Of a DNA stretch of 64,000 bases, positions 48,317-58,467 are shown one piece after another. The notes below the pieces were generated by a model. That model had not been told where the DNA came from. It worked only from the letters and a program-made list of their open reading frames with translations, and ran no database searches. Position 1 is the first letter of the stretch; every line of letters starts with the position of its first letter. Source of the stretch: Balamuthia mandrillaris (taxonomy: Eukaryota); assembly GCA_031835245.2 (NCBI GenBank), contig JAVKOQ020000112.1, positions 62,001 through 126,000 of the forward strand. Direction: 5' to 3'. A program made the position numbers and the translations under genes.

Positions 48317-50650
48317 ATGGAGGGAGAGTGCGCCCCGCTCCTTATCAATTATCCAGTAACCCTGTTAGAGTTTCTGCAAACCCTGCCCATCGAGACTGGA
48401 ACAAGGTCAATACTCTGTTACAATCCGCCCGGCTTTCCCTGCACCGCGAGGGGCAAAACCTTGGCAGCTATTTATAGCGCTTTTGCGAAACGACTCGACG
48501 CAAGGAACAACGCCGGTGCGGCTTCAGATGATCGCAGGGCAAACGCGCTACCATGCTTGCAGGCCTCTCCTGGTGGCGGCAAATCTTTTTTATTGGATGA
48601 GTTGGCAGCACTGAAGAAAACCGACTTGGAGCTCTGCGAGAGCACTACGATGAGAGAAATTCTCCTCCAAAGCGTCGCCATCTCGATAACCTTCAACAGC
48701 AGTTCGACGCTCGAGTCTGAGGTGGAGAAAGACCTGGACCCCGTGGTGACTCGTGTGCTATGGGCCTACTTCTTTAGCACAAAAAAGATGAGCTTCCCCA
48801 CCTTTTGCCAGGCACTCTTCGCCAAGTATGCCGAAACGGCAAACACCTTTACGCTGGAAACCGCCTTGGCTTGCATTCGTCTGCACCTCGCCTCTGCCGC
48901 GAGTCCTTCATCTTCTGCTACTCTCCCCTCCACACCCATTCTCCTTTGTGTTGACGAGCTGTTGAAGGTGTCCTCCGCCCCACAGCCCGACATAAATGAT
49001 CCACAAGTCGCAAAAGCTCTCTCCTCTATTGGCAAACAGTTAAACCGCGACCCCTACTTCAACGTTGTGGTATCAACTCTTGATTCAGGACCTGTGTTGG
49101 TGGAACAAACCCGCTCTGGAAGGCCAATCACTTGGATACCCTTGCCCCCTCTCACACTGAAGGACTCCCTTTTGCTATTCAAGCCCATTCTGGACAACGA
49201 GGAGGACATGCGGGCCAAGGTCAACATAGCGCTTGCCATATCCGAGTGTGGTGGTCATCCTCGTTCATTGGAAAGCCTGTGGCTTGTTCTGCATGATCCT
49301 CCAAACAGTCGGTATTTTTCATTCCCAGAGCTGGTATCGCTGGTGATAGACCGCATGCTGTTGGTCATTTTCCCCATGCAAGCCCTACAGATCGCTCTGC
49401 TTGGTATTCCTTTTCCCCTCGACACGCCAATCGAGTCTGGGCCGCACAGCACGTTGCCTCGCACAATCCGTTCAGAGATAGCCTCTGGCCTATTTCTGAA
49501 CGCTTTGGAATCTGCTGGAGAGACTGTTGCTATCATTCCACGCCTTTCCCCCCTCCGCTTACGTCAGTATGCAAAATTTGGTACTCGGGATGACCTGAAC
49601 AAGTGTCTGGCCAGCATGCTGGCAACTGAAACGAACTTTAGTGGTTTAACATTCGAGCATTTTCATGCTTGGTGGGAAGTACTGCGACGTCTGCTCCTTC
49701 TCAACTCAACCTCACTGTTGGCTGCAGCAACCTTCCATGAGGACAGGCCAGTTCAACTTGGGCAACTCTACAACATCAATTCCGACGTGGAGTTCCTCTT
49801 CCGGAAAAAGAAAGGGGTGATGCAGTTACGTAACCATTTCCCTTGCACCACTGCTTCTGCCGTGTTTGCTGCAGACGGAAAGGAACTCTCCCTCAAGGAC
49901 CTGACGAGCTATGTGCTCATGCCAGCTACAGGCAACCCTGGGTTTGACATTACCCTAATTGAACAAAAGCCTGACAACCGGGGCTACATTGTTATCAACA
50001 TTGAGTGCCGATATTCTCATCCTACCTCTGGGACACAGCTCACAACATCAGAACTGGAGCGGAAGTGGGAGCTCATGCAACAACAGTTTCAGCCCCTCTT
50101 CACTAGGTCTTATGGACAAAAACCAAAGGAACTGTATAACATGCAACTGAAACTGGAGGATGTTTACTTGGTGGTTTGTGCCATTCGCCAGTCTGCCCTG
50201 GTGTTACCAGATTCATTGCCACAGTTGCTTGTGCTGGGCCGTGAGAAACTCCAAGAACTGTACTCGCCTACCCTAGCAATGCGATCACAATTCCTCTCAG
50301 GTCCAGAGTGGGAATCACTTATGCATGCTGCAGCCCTAACAACGGAAAGCAGCCTTGGGCAGGGAGAGAAATATGATGAAGCAGAGCTTAGTAAGTTGCG
50401 TATCAAGGATCTGAAAAAAATCCTGGCAAAGGATGGCCACAAGACAAGCTTTAAAAGAAAAGCTGACTATGTGTGTTTTATCATTCAACATTGCTATAAG
50501 CCCAAGCCAGAACCTATTAAAAGAAAACGGTCTTTATCACCTGTTGAGGAAGAAGAAGAAAAAGAAAAAAAGCAAGAAAAAGCAACAAAAGCAAAAGATA
50601 TCAAGGGAAAAGAAAAACAAAGTCAATATAAAAAACCAAAGAGTAAATAA
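48317..50650 (+). CDS. Crinkler/RHS-type effector-like protein: P-loop NTPase + restriction-endonuclease-like domain + C-terminal HeH/SAP-like motif
   Basis: Walker A SPGGGKS, Walker B ILLCVDE, GGHPRSL, NPGFD...IECRYS, LSKLRIKDLKKIL...KRKADYV. ATG 48317 follows a polypyrimidine tract and CAG, so an upstream exon is possible. Confidence 0.72.
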   Translation: MEGECAPLLINYPVTLLEFLQTLPIETGTRSILCYNPPGFPCTARGKTLAAIYSAFAKRLDARNNAGAASDDRRANALPCLQASPGGGKSFLLDELAALKKTDLELCESTTMREILLQSVAISITFNSSSTLESEVEKDLDPVVTRVLWAYFFSTKKMSFPTFCQALFAKYAETANTFTLETALACIRLHLASAASPSSSATLPSTPILLCVDELLKVSSAPQPDINDPQVAKALSSIGKQLNRDPYFNVVVSTLDSGPVLVEQTRSGRPITWIPLPPLTLKDSLLLFKPILDNEEDMRAKVNIALAISECGGHPRSLESLWLVLHDPPNSRYFSFPELVSLVIDRMLLVIFPMQALQIALLGIPFPLDTPIESGPHSTLPRTIRSEIASGLFLNALESAGETVAIIPRLSPLRLRQYAKFGTRDDLNKCLASMLATETNFSGLTFEHFHAWWEVLRRLLLLNSTSLLAAATFHEDRPVQLGQLYNINSDVEFLFRKKKGVMQLRNHFPCTTASAVFAADGKELSLKDLTSYVLMPATGNPGFDITLIEQKPDNRGYIVINIECRYSHPTSGTQLTTSELERKWELMQQQFQPLFTRSYGQKPKELYNMQLKLEDVYLVVCAIRQSALVLPDSLPQLLVLGREKLQELYSPTLAMRSQFLSGPEWESLMHAAALTTESSLGQGEKYDEAELSKLRIKDLKKILAKDGHKTSFKRKADYVCFIIQHCYKPKPEPIKRKRSLSPVEEEEEKEKKQEKATKAKDIKGKEKQSQYKKPKSK

Positions 50651-51170
50651 AGGACTTTGAAATTAAGTTAAAATAAAAGTGTTATCACTTTCACAATACC
50701 TATTCCTATTTTTCCTTGTATATAATTCTTTCTTTCATTTTAATAAAGGTCTTTTCTCTTTATCCATCAAGTTAGTGTTTATTAGACTTTTTTATTCTTA
50801 TTTTGAAATTTATAACATGAACTTGTGTGGAGCTAGATAGCAAAAAGTGTATTGCAAGTTTACAAAGTTCACTGTGATTAGAGTTTGTAGAACATAATTG
50901 AACTAGTTAATCAAGGCCTATTAGAAAGAATAGCTATAATGTTGACAAAATGGCTATGTTGTGCTTTTTTTGAGACAAGTCAATGAAAATTTTTAATTAG
51001 AAATAAATGGGGCTTGGTAATTGCCAACCCAAAGAAGAAAGATTTGATGAATCCTATTTGTTGGCAAACATTCTTTTCTTTGCTTTGCTTTTCTTTTTTC
51101 TTCCTTCTTTCCTTTGTTTTCTTTCCTTCTTTCCTTTGTTTTCTTTCCTTTCCTTTGCTCAAACAGATAC

Positions 51171-51285
51171 TGTTGAAGGGGATAAACTTTGCAGATCAAG
51201 AAAGAGACTCTGGGTTTATTCATAAGAGGTATGGACCAAGTGTGTGCTTTGAGTGTGTCATGAGGAAAAAGGGAAAATAAGAGAA
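51171..51285 (-). repeat. Degenerate partial copy of the 200-bp LTR
   Basis: Reverse complement matches the 3' part of 56203-56402 (gcagatcaagaaag..gactctgggtttattca..ggaccaa.gtgtgtgctttga). Confidence 0.8.
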
Positions 51286-51676
51286 AAAAATGTGCACAAC
51301 CCATGTCACCTACACCAACACCTTTGATGCCTATACACCTTCTATGAACTCAATACAAACAAAAAGGAGAATCTCCTTTTGCTGTTCATTTAGATTATAT
51401 GGCAAAAAAATATTTTTCAGGTCTTAAAAAAAATATTTTTCTTAAAAATTAATTTTTAGTCAAAAAATATAATCTTTTCATCTCAAGTCACAACATCTAG
51501 TTGTGCTACTTGCATACCTTTCCATATTTTATCCATTTGATTGAAGAGGAGGGAGCAGCTGAAGTCAAAGAAGTGGATGCAGAGAATAAAGGAGTATGTT
51601 GTTGATTTAAAGCAGTCATAGGTTGAAACAAAGTAAAAAAAGGATTATCCAAAGGGGATGAAGGGTGTTGTAAATT

Positions 51677-52615
51677 AGTAGTAGTAGTAGTAATAAAAAG
51701 TTTATTTGCTCTGAGAGCAACACCAATCTATACATAAAAAGTAAGCCTTGTACATACATAGTGTACTCCTTACTTCTCTTAATCCCTCATCCTCAATGCC
51801 TTCCCAATTGTAATTCAAATACACAAGTGGAAGGTGTTGAATGAGATTTCAGACTAACTTTGTATCATCTAGCTATCCTTTTCTTTCCCTTTCCTTACTT
51901 CTCTTTTCCTTGCTATTACATTACTTCCAAAGATTGATAAAATGAAGAAGCTTCCATGCTTCCAACTTACTCTTGCTGCCCATAATCTCCAGACTCGTTT
52001 ACAACTTTGCTTACATTGTTCCATCTCTTGAGCTCTGTTACATTTCTTTCCACTTGACAGGAGCTTTGTTGTACAGGCTTCAATAATCAGCTTTCTGACT
52101 TGTTCTTCACTTCCATTGTCCACACTCCAGATTCTAAAGCGATCTTCCCAAAGGTTAGGACACCTTAACAGGAAGTGTTCTGCTGTTTCTTCCTCAGCAT
52201 CACATGCAGGGCACTTGCTATCCACCTCAGACTGCTGAATGGATCCCCACTTTTTTCCAATAGGCAGTCCCCCACAGCGAATAGCATTCATCAAACGTTC
52301 TTTCCTTGGGTTGGTAATCACTAAGCTCCGTTGTTGTCCAACCAAACATCTTCCATTTGTCAAGAAGTTATGCCATAGCCATGCTCTTGTTCCTCTTTCT
52401 CCTTCAGCTGCATACTCCATCTTGGCTACTCGAGTTAAGGCCCTCATCCTCTTGGCTTTCTTTTCAACAACTGTCGTTCCGTCACCTCCCTCACCTTCAT
52501 TCTTCTCCCCTTCCTCTTCACTTGCTTGGCTTACCTCTTCAAGTAGCTCAAAGTGGCCATCTTGCCTCTCAGCATGATGAATTACTGCTTGTCTTTCCAA
52601 CTCACACATGGGTCA
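51677..52615 (-). mobile_element. 5'-truncated non-LTR retrotransposon (LINE) 3' end
   Basis: zf-RVT-type CPACDAEEETAEHFLLRCP, 3' UTR, AATAAA and (TAC)n tail. Confidence 0.85.
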
Positions 52616-53573
52616 TACTAATTTGAGAGAACAACCAGGAGTAAAGACAAAGGAAATGAACAGAATTTTTGTAAACAAAACCCACTGCTTTGAATGATAA
52701 AATTATACTACTTTTCTATCAATCCTTATTTCTCCTTGTATAATATATTAAAGTCAGCAGGGACTGTTTTGTTTCAGGTTCACAAAGGGCAAGTTTGGCA
52801 GCCAAAGCCAGGAGCTAGCCTAGAAGGACAGTGTTGATAAAAGAACAGAATTAACAAATATAGTCTACAACACCCATTGTCTACTAAGAGTGTTAATAAA
52901 GTTTTACATAAAAAGAAAAGTCAAGGTCATGCTTGACTCCTGTGTCATTAATAGCTTTATTTGACAAATGCATTTACCCAGAGAAGTGAGGATAAGGAGC
53001 TTACAAAATAGAGATATATGGAGAAGTGCTACTGATCATGAGGTTAACTGAATGTCACTCTTTGTTTTAGATGTATTTGTAAGAATAAATATTGGACAGA
53101 AAGCATGGCTTTTAAAGCTGGCCCATACAAGAATGTCTTTTGCTACAAGCTTCTTGAGCAAGGAGGTATAAAACTTATAAATGTACCAACCTAAGGAAAA
53201 AGAGTTGATGATATGACAAGAAGTGTATTCAAGAGAATAGAGAAAGGGAAAAGAGAAAGAGAAAAAAAAGACATAAGAATATACCATTAAGCACAAGGAA
53301 CCTTAATAATTGTTGGTGAATTTACCAACACTTTGTGAAGTGTCCTGCAAATGTGTGTTGAACACATAGTATTTAACAATGGAATAAGTCCTGTACAAAG
53401 CAAGGTCAATGTAATGCAAGTTTGTACAGATTGTTTACACTGTACTACTAAAAAGCAACTATAAAGCTTTATTGGATTTGCACTAAGTAGTAATACTACT
53501 ACTACTACTACTACAAGTTTATTCATCATTGCACTAAGATGGTAAAACCTTGCACTAATTACACAAGCTTGAA

Positions 53574-54143
53574 AAAAAGTGGGGATCCATTCAGCAGTCT
53601 GAGGTGGATAGCAAGTGCCCTGCATGTGATGCTGAGGAAGAAACAGCAGAACACTTCCTGTTAAGGTGTCCTAACCTTTGGGAAGATCGCTTTAGAATCT
53701 GGAGTGTGGACAATGGAAGTGAAGAACAAGTCAGAAAGCTGATTATTGAAGACTGTACAACAAAGCTCCTGTCAAGTGGAAAGAAATGTAACAGAGCTCA
53801 AGAGATGGAACAATGTAAGCAAAGTTGTAAACGAGTCTGGAGATTATGGGCAGCAAGAGCAAGTTGGAAGCATGGAAGTTCTTCTGCATTTTATCAGTCT
53901 TTGGAAGTAATGTAAGCAAGGAAAAGAGGAAAAAGGAAAGGGAAAGAAAAGGATAGCTAGATGATACAAAGTTGGTCTGAAATCTCATTCAACACCTTTC
54001 ACTTGTGAATTGAGTAACAATTGGGAAGGCATTGAGGATGAGGGAGTAAGAAAAGTAAGAGTACACTATGTATGTACAAGGCTTACTTTTTATGTATAGA
54101 TTGGTGTTGCTCTCAGAGCAAATAAACTTTTTATTACTACTAC
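53574..54143 (+). mobile_element. Second 5'-truncated LINE copy with a 14-bp target-site duplication
   Basis: Near-identical inverted copy of 51677-52258; TSD tacacaagcttgaa at 53560-73 and 54144-57; (TAC)n tail. Confidence 0.9.
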
Positions 54144-54181
54144 TACACAAGCTTGAAGTTTGAGCTAAGTTGTATTTGATG

Positions 54182-55020
54182 CTATAATAAGTTCTTCTTT
54201 AACCCCAGTTCTGGAAGAGGCTTGGTGAGGAAGTCAGCAATGTTGTCTTTTGAGGGACAATAGATAAATTCGATGTATTCTTTGATAGTCTTCTTGTTGA
54301 TGAAGTGGTTTGTTGAGTTGATGGGTGAAGATAGAAACAGTGGGTTCTTTTTGCTTTTTGTTGATTGGTAGTACCCACTAAAGTCTCCATGATCATCCAT
54401 TTTGTATGGATAATTATCTGCTTCAGTAATAAAAGAAAGAGTAGTTAATGATAACGTAGGAGAGGTAAATGAAGTTAGAAATAACAGGTTGATTTGGTCA
54501 ACTTTGAAGTCATCTAGGATGCTAGTTTTCTCCTCTTGTTCCATTGTGCTCCTGGTGTTGTCCTCTTGGTCATTAGAGACTTGAGGGGTAAAGAACGGAC
54601 TTTCTTTGTCTTTATCATCCTCAGGATCAATCCATGGTTCAGGTTTTTGAGAGTAATCAATCTGATTTCCTTATCCTAGATACCAATGAGAACTCTATCA
54701 ACGGTTTTGGGGTCCATTTTACATTATTGCTATTTAGGTACCCAGATGTGTGCTCTGCTGTCATTAACTTGAAAGTAACTAAGGTGTGGCCTTTTTCTGG
54801 TCCACTTTTCTTCAGGAGTGAAATTCTGAGTTCCAACATGATTTGTGATGTAGATAGTATAGAAGAGAGCTTTGACTTAGAAGTTGATAGAAAGCTTTGC
54901 ATAATAGAGCATGCTTCTAGCACAGTCAAGTAGCATGTAGTTTATGCATTCTACAACACCATTTTGCTCTGGTGAGTAACAAGTGGTGAGTTGATGTCAA
55001 ATGTATGGCTTTTGTTTCCA
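54182..55020 (-). mobile_element. Ty1/Copia remnant (integrase fragment to RNase H C-terminus)
   Basis: HQLTTCYSPEQNGVVE and IEFIYCPSKDNIADFLTKPL; heavily deleted. Confidence 0.75.
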
Positions 55021-55169
55021 AGTAAAGCACTCTTTAAGTAGTAATATAGGTAAAATTCAGGCTGATTATGTTTGTAACTATTGACATACTTAACTATTTA
55101 ACATATATTCTATCTTCCTTGGGACCTTTCTGGCCTAAACTACACAACTAAAAAAACACAGAAGCCACT

Positions 55170-55369
55170 TGTTGGAAAACCAACCATTATGAGTTCTTGT
55201 TGATACTCTCCCTAATACCTCCAAATTTTCTCACCCTTTTTATTTTCCCCTTTTCCTCATGACACATTCAAAGCACATCCCTTGGTCTACACCCCTTTTC
55301 TTGTGAATAAAGCCAGAGTCGCTTATGTGCCATCCCTTTCTTGATCTGCAGGGTTATTCCCCATCAACC
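55170..55369 (+). repeat. Solo LTR (200 bp), CpG-decayed, flanked by CACT
   Basis: TGTTGGAAAA...CCCCATCAAC(C); cact at 55166-69 and 55370-73; homologous to 56203-56402. Confidence 0.85.
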
Positions 55370-55499
55370 CACTCTTATATCATCATCATTGATCTTTTAT
55401 AATAACACTGAGCCATTCTAAAGATCTATTTCCTGTCTTTCCTGGGACCTTCTGGGCCTAGAATTGAACAACTAAAAAACAAAGAGTATAACATATACT

Positions 55500-55685
55500 A
55501 AAGGGCAACAAAAGCGAACTCTCCCATCAAACAACATCCTGATCCTCATGAATGAGCAAAAACTCCATTGGATCTTGTCCATTCAGATCTTTGTGGCCTG
55601 ATTCATGTATTAAACTTGTTCAAACAAAGGAATGAAATACATTAACAATGACTTTTCTGAATTTTCTTGCTGACAATGGCCCAAC
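55500..55685 (+). mobile_element. Ty1/Copia integrase-region remnant
   Basis: PLDLVHSDLCG and EYINNDFSEFLADNG fragments. Confidence 0.65.
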
Positions 55686-56202
55686 ACCTATGCATTGACC
55701 AGTAACTATGATAGGATGCCTAATTAACTGCTTATTAGTTGTATTGATTGTATCTAGTTAGCAAAATGCCAGGAGCTAGCTCATTCAAATTCTTACTTTT
55801 TCTCTTTCTTATTAAAATGAATTGTATACTCCATTAGTTTCATAACTTGTAAAATCTCTCTTAAGGGAAAAAAGAAAGGTCAAAAAGAAACAGCAAATTC
55901 TTTTGCAAACCAACTCTACTTCATGAAAACATACCTACCACTACTTTAAAACATAATAAAGCCAAAAGCAATATCAACAGTCTATATTCATAACACATTG
56001 AACAACCTTGCTCAAGCTAAGAGTATTAAAGTTTTTTATATAATCATTTCATTATTATGAAGATAAGTTTACAAAGCAAGGGACATTGACAAGCAGAAAA
56101 TCATTCAAAAAGATAACCTTTAATGTATAATAAAACATTTTAGGAGTAGTAATGGTAATAAGATGTTTATTTATAGACTTTTAGATAAATTATTAAAATA
56201 TT

Positions 56203-56402
56203 TGTTGGAAAACCAACTATTATGACTTCTTGTCGACACTCTCCCCGATACCTCCAAATTTTCTCGCCCTTTTTATTTTCCCCTTTTCCTCGCGACACAT
56301 TCAAAGCACACACTTTGGTCCACACCCCTTTTCTTGTGAATAAACCCAGAGTCGCTTACGTGCCGTCCCTTTCTTGATCCGCAGGGTTATTCCCCATCAA
56401 CA
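56203..56402 (+). repeat. Solo LTR (200 bp), CpGs intact, flanked by TATT
   Basis: TGTTG...CAACA termini, internal AATAAA, tatt at 56199-202 and 56403-06. Confidence 0.88.
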
Positions 56403-56422
56403 TATTTATTTATTGTTCTTAA

Positions 56423-58165
56423 TTATAATTTTAATGTATATCTTCGTATTAAATTTGTTTTTTCTTTTTGTTTTCCTATTTTTGAATCATCTTTTACAAG
56501 TTTTGTTTTTTGAATGGTTTCATTTTGTGGAATAATATCCACAAAATGATAATTATTTTTTTTAGCTTTTTTTTGAAGTAATGGAAGAATATCATATTTC
56601 AATTCTTGTAAAGCACTTTGAACATTATTATCTTTAACATTAATAATAAATGTAGTATTTACTTCTTTGTTATTACTTTCTTTGCTTTTAAGAGTCAATA
56701 TGGCACCTATTTAAAGTATAATTAATATTTTAAAACAAATGTTATAGAAATTTACCTTGATTTAAATCATATAAATTCAGTTCCACATTAGTTATAGGAG
56801 CATATGCTATTAATTGCCAAGAAAACGGAGCCTGAAAAAAACTTAAAAAAAAAGAACTACTTGATTGTCTATTTTTTGAATAAAAAAACATAAATAATAA
56901 AATGAGTTTTGTTTTTGTGAATAAAACATATTAAATAAACATAAAATGATTTACCTTTCTTGTGCTAATACTAAAACATCTGTAAATAGAAAAAAAGCCA
57001 AAACCACGGGAACAATTAAAAGATTTGAGGCATTTGATTCTTTACATTCAAACTGTCCTTCTGTTATCAATAATCGTTGGTCATTAGAGAAAAAGTCCTA
57101 ATTATAAGAATTTAGTTCATTAGTTCTTATTTGTTAGTAATGAATTCAAATAAGTACCAAGGGCTCAGCAAAATGGCTTTGAAGGTCTAACATTTGCTGT
57201 TTTACTTCTGCCATTCGTTTTTGTTCATTAATGTATGCAGTGACTTGTTTCATTTCTTTAACAGCCTTTTTAAGGTTTTTGTAGTCTCGGTGCTGTTTTG
57301 TTGTCTTTTTCAAAAGCTCTTGAAGTAAGAGCACGTATCTAAAAACGAAGTACTGATGAGACAAGCAAAGCAAAAATAAGATTGAAAGGAGGAAAGAGAA
57401 AGATAGAGTGAGATGATATTGTGATGCTAAAACCTTGGCAAACGTTGTATTGGCATTATAAGGTAGTTTGACAAACCCAGAACCGCATGTTCACGGTGAA
57501 CCCCTTCTAAAAAGCGGATGACCTTCTTTCGCTTTTGGCATTCCACCAAGGTTTTAATTGAGAGGTCATAGTTGTTCACTAAGGCGGTACCAAGATCAAG
57601 CCGATCAATGGAACAACGAAAATAAAGCAAAATAAGTATGGGGAAAAGGCAGAAAAAAAACAACAGCAACACTAAAAAAAAAATGTTTCATACCATATGA
57701 GGTATACACTTTAAAGCTGTCTACCTGTAGTTGATAAAGCACAAGTGGGTCAGCAGCACAGATGGTTTTGTTTGCAGAGCTTCGCACCTGTGCCAAAAAT
57801 ATATCCGCCAGCTTAGTTTTCTCAGTCCAGTCGCTGTAACGCTCGTTAAGCTTTGACAAGAAGCTACTGTGAAGAGCGAAAATGTCCTTAATTGTAGAAA
57901 AAATGGCAGTAACTTCAGACTCGCTTAGGATAGGACTACGGTCGTTAGAAAGACTATGCAGCAAGGGCTCAAAAAAGACATTGATTGCAAGATCAAGGCT
58001 CTGGACGTAACTTTCCTCAGTGGTTACGATTTCCCGAGCAATTTCGTTCCTTGTTCTGTTCAACTTCTCTGATTAACGGAGACAATTGTCAACTAAGAGA
58101 ACTGAAGGTAAACAGTAATCCTCGCCGGCGGTACCTTTGTCTAGCTTAGCGTGATGTTGGCCCAT
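56423..58165 (-). CDS. RhoGEF (DH-PH) protein with MG start, multi-exon; 3' exons not fully resolved
   Basis: RNEIAREIVTTEESYVQSL, FKVYTSY|VNNYD, LSNYLIMPIQRLPR|YVLLLQELLKKT, PH motif FFLFTDVLVLA. Confidence 0.85.
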
Positions 58166-58467
58166 GCTTGTATTCTTGTTGATTTTCGATTCAAAGAATG
58201 AAAAATAAGGACGACACGGAATATCGGTGTTTCCAAAATTGGCAAAGAAAGAACCGTAACCCTCGGGCAGAATATGTTCACGAAGGATTGGTTGTGGGTC
58301 CTGGAAAAATCGCAGAACAAAAACAAGCCTAATAGGTGAGCTGTCAGCGGTAGGTGGCCACCTTAAATAATCGCAAGCGGCAGGCTCCTCCCAAGTGGTG
58401 TCTTTCTTTTTTATTTCTTTCTGCTCATTGCCGCTGGCAGCACACAACCAACCATCCTCACCACCCC

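Noticed and set aside
55170..56402. Two LTRs as the ends of one small LTR element (TRIM)
   Set aside because: Each has its own flanking 4-bp duplication (CACT, TATT) and they differ strongly in CpG decay, which indicates independent solo LTRs.
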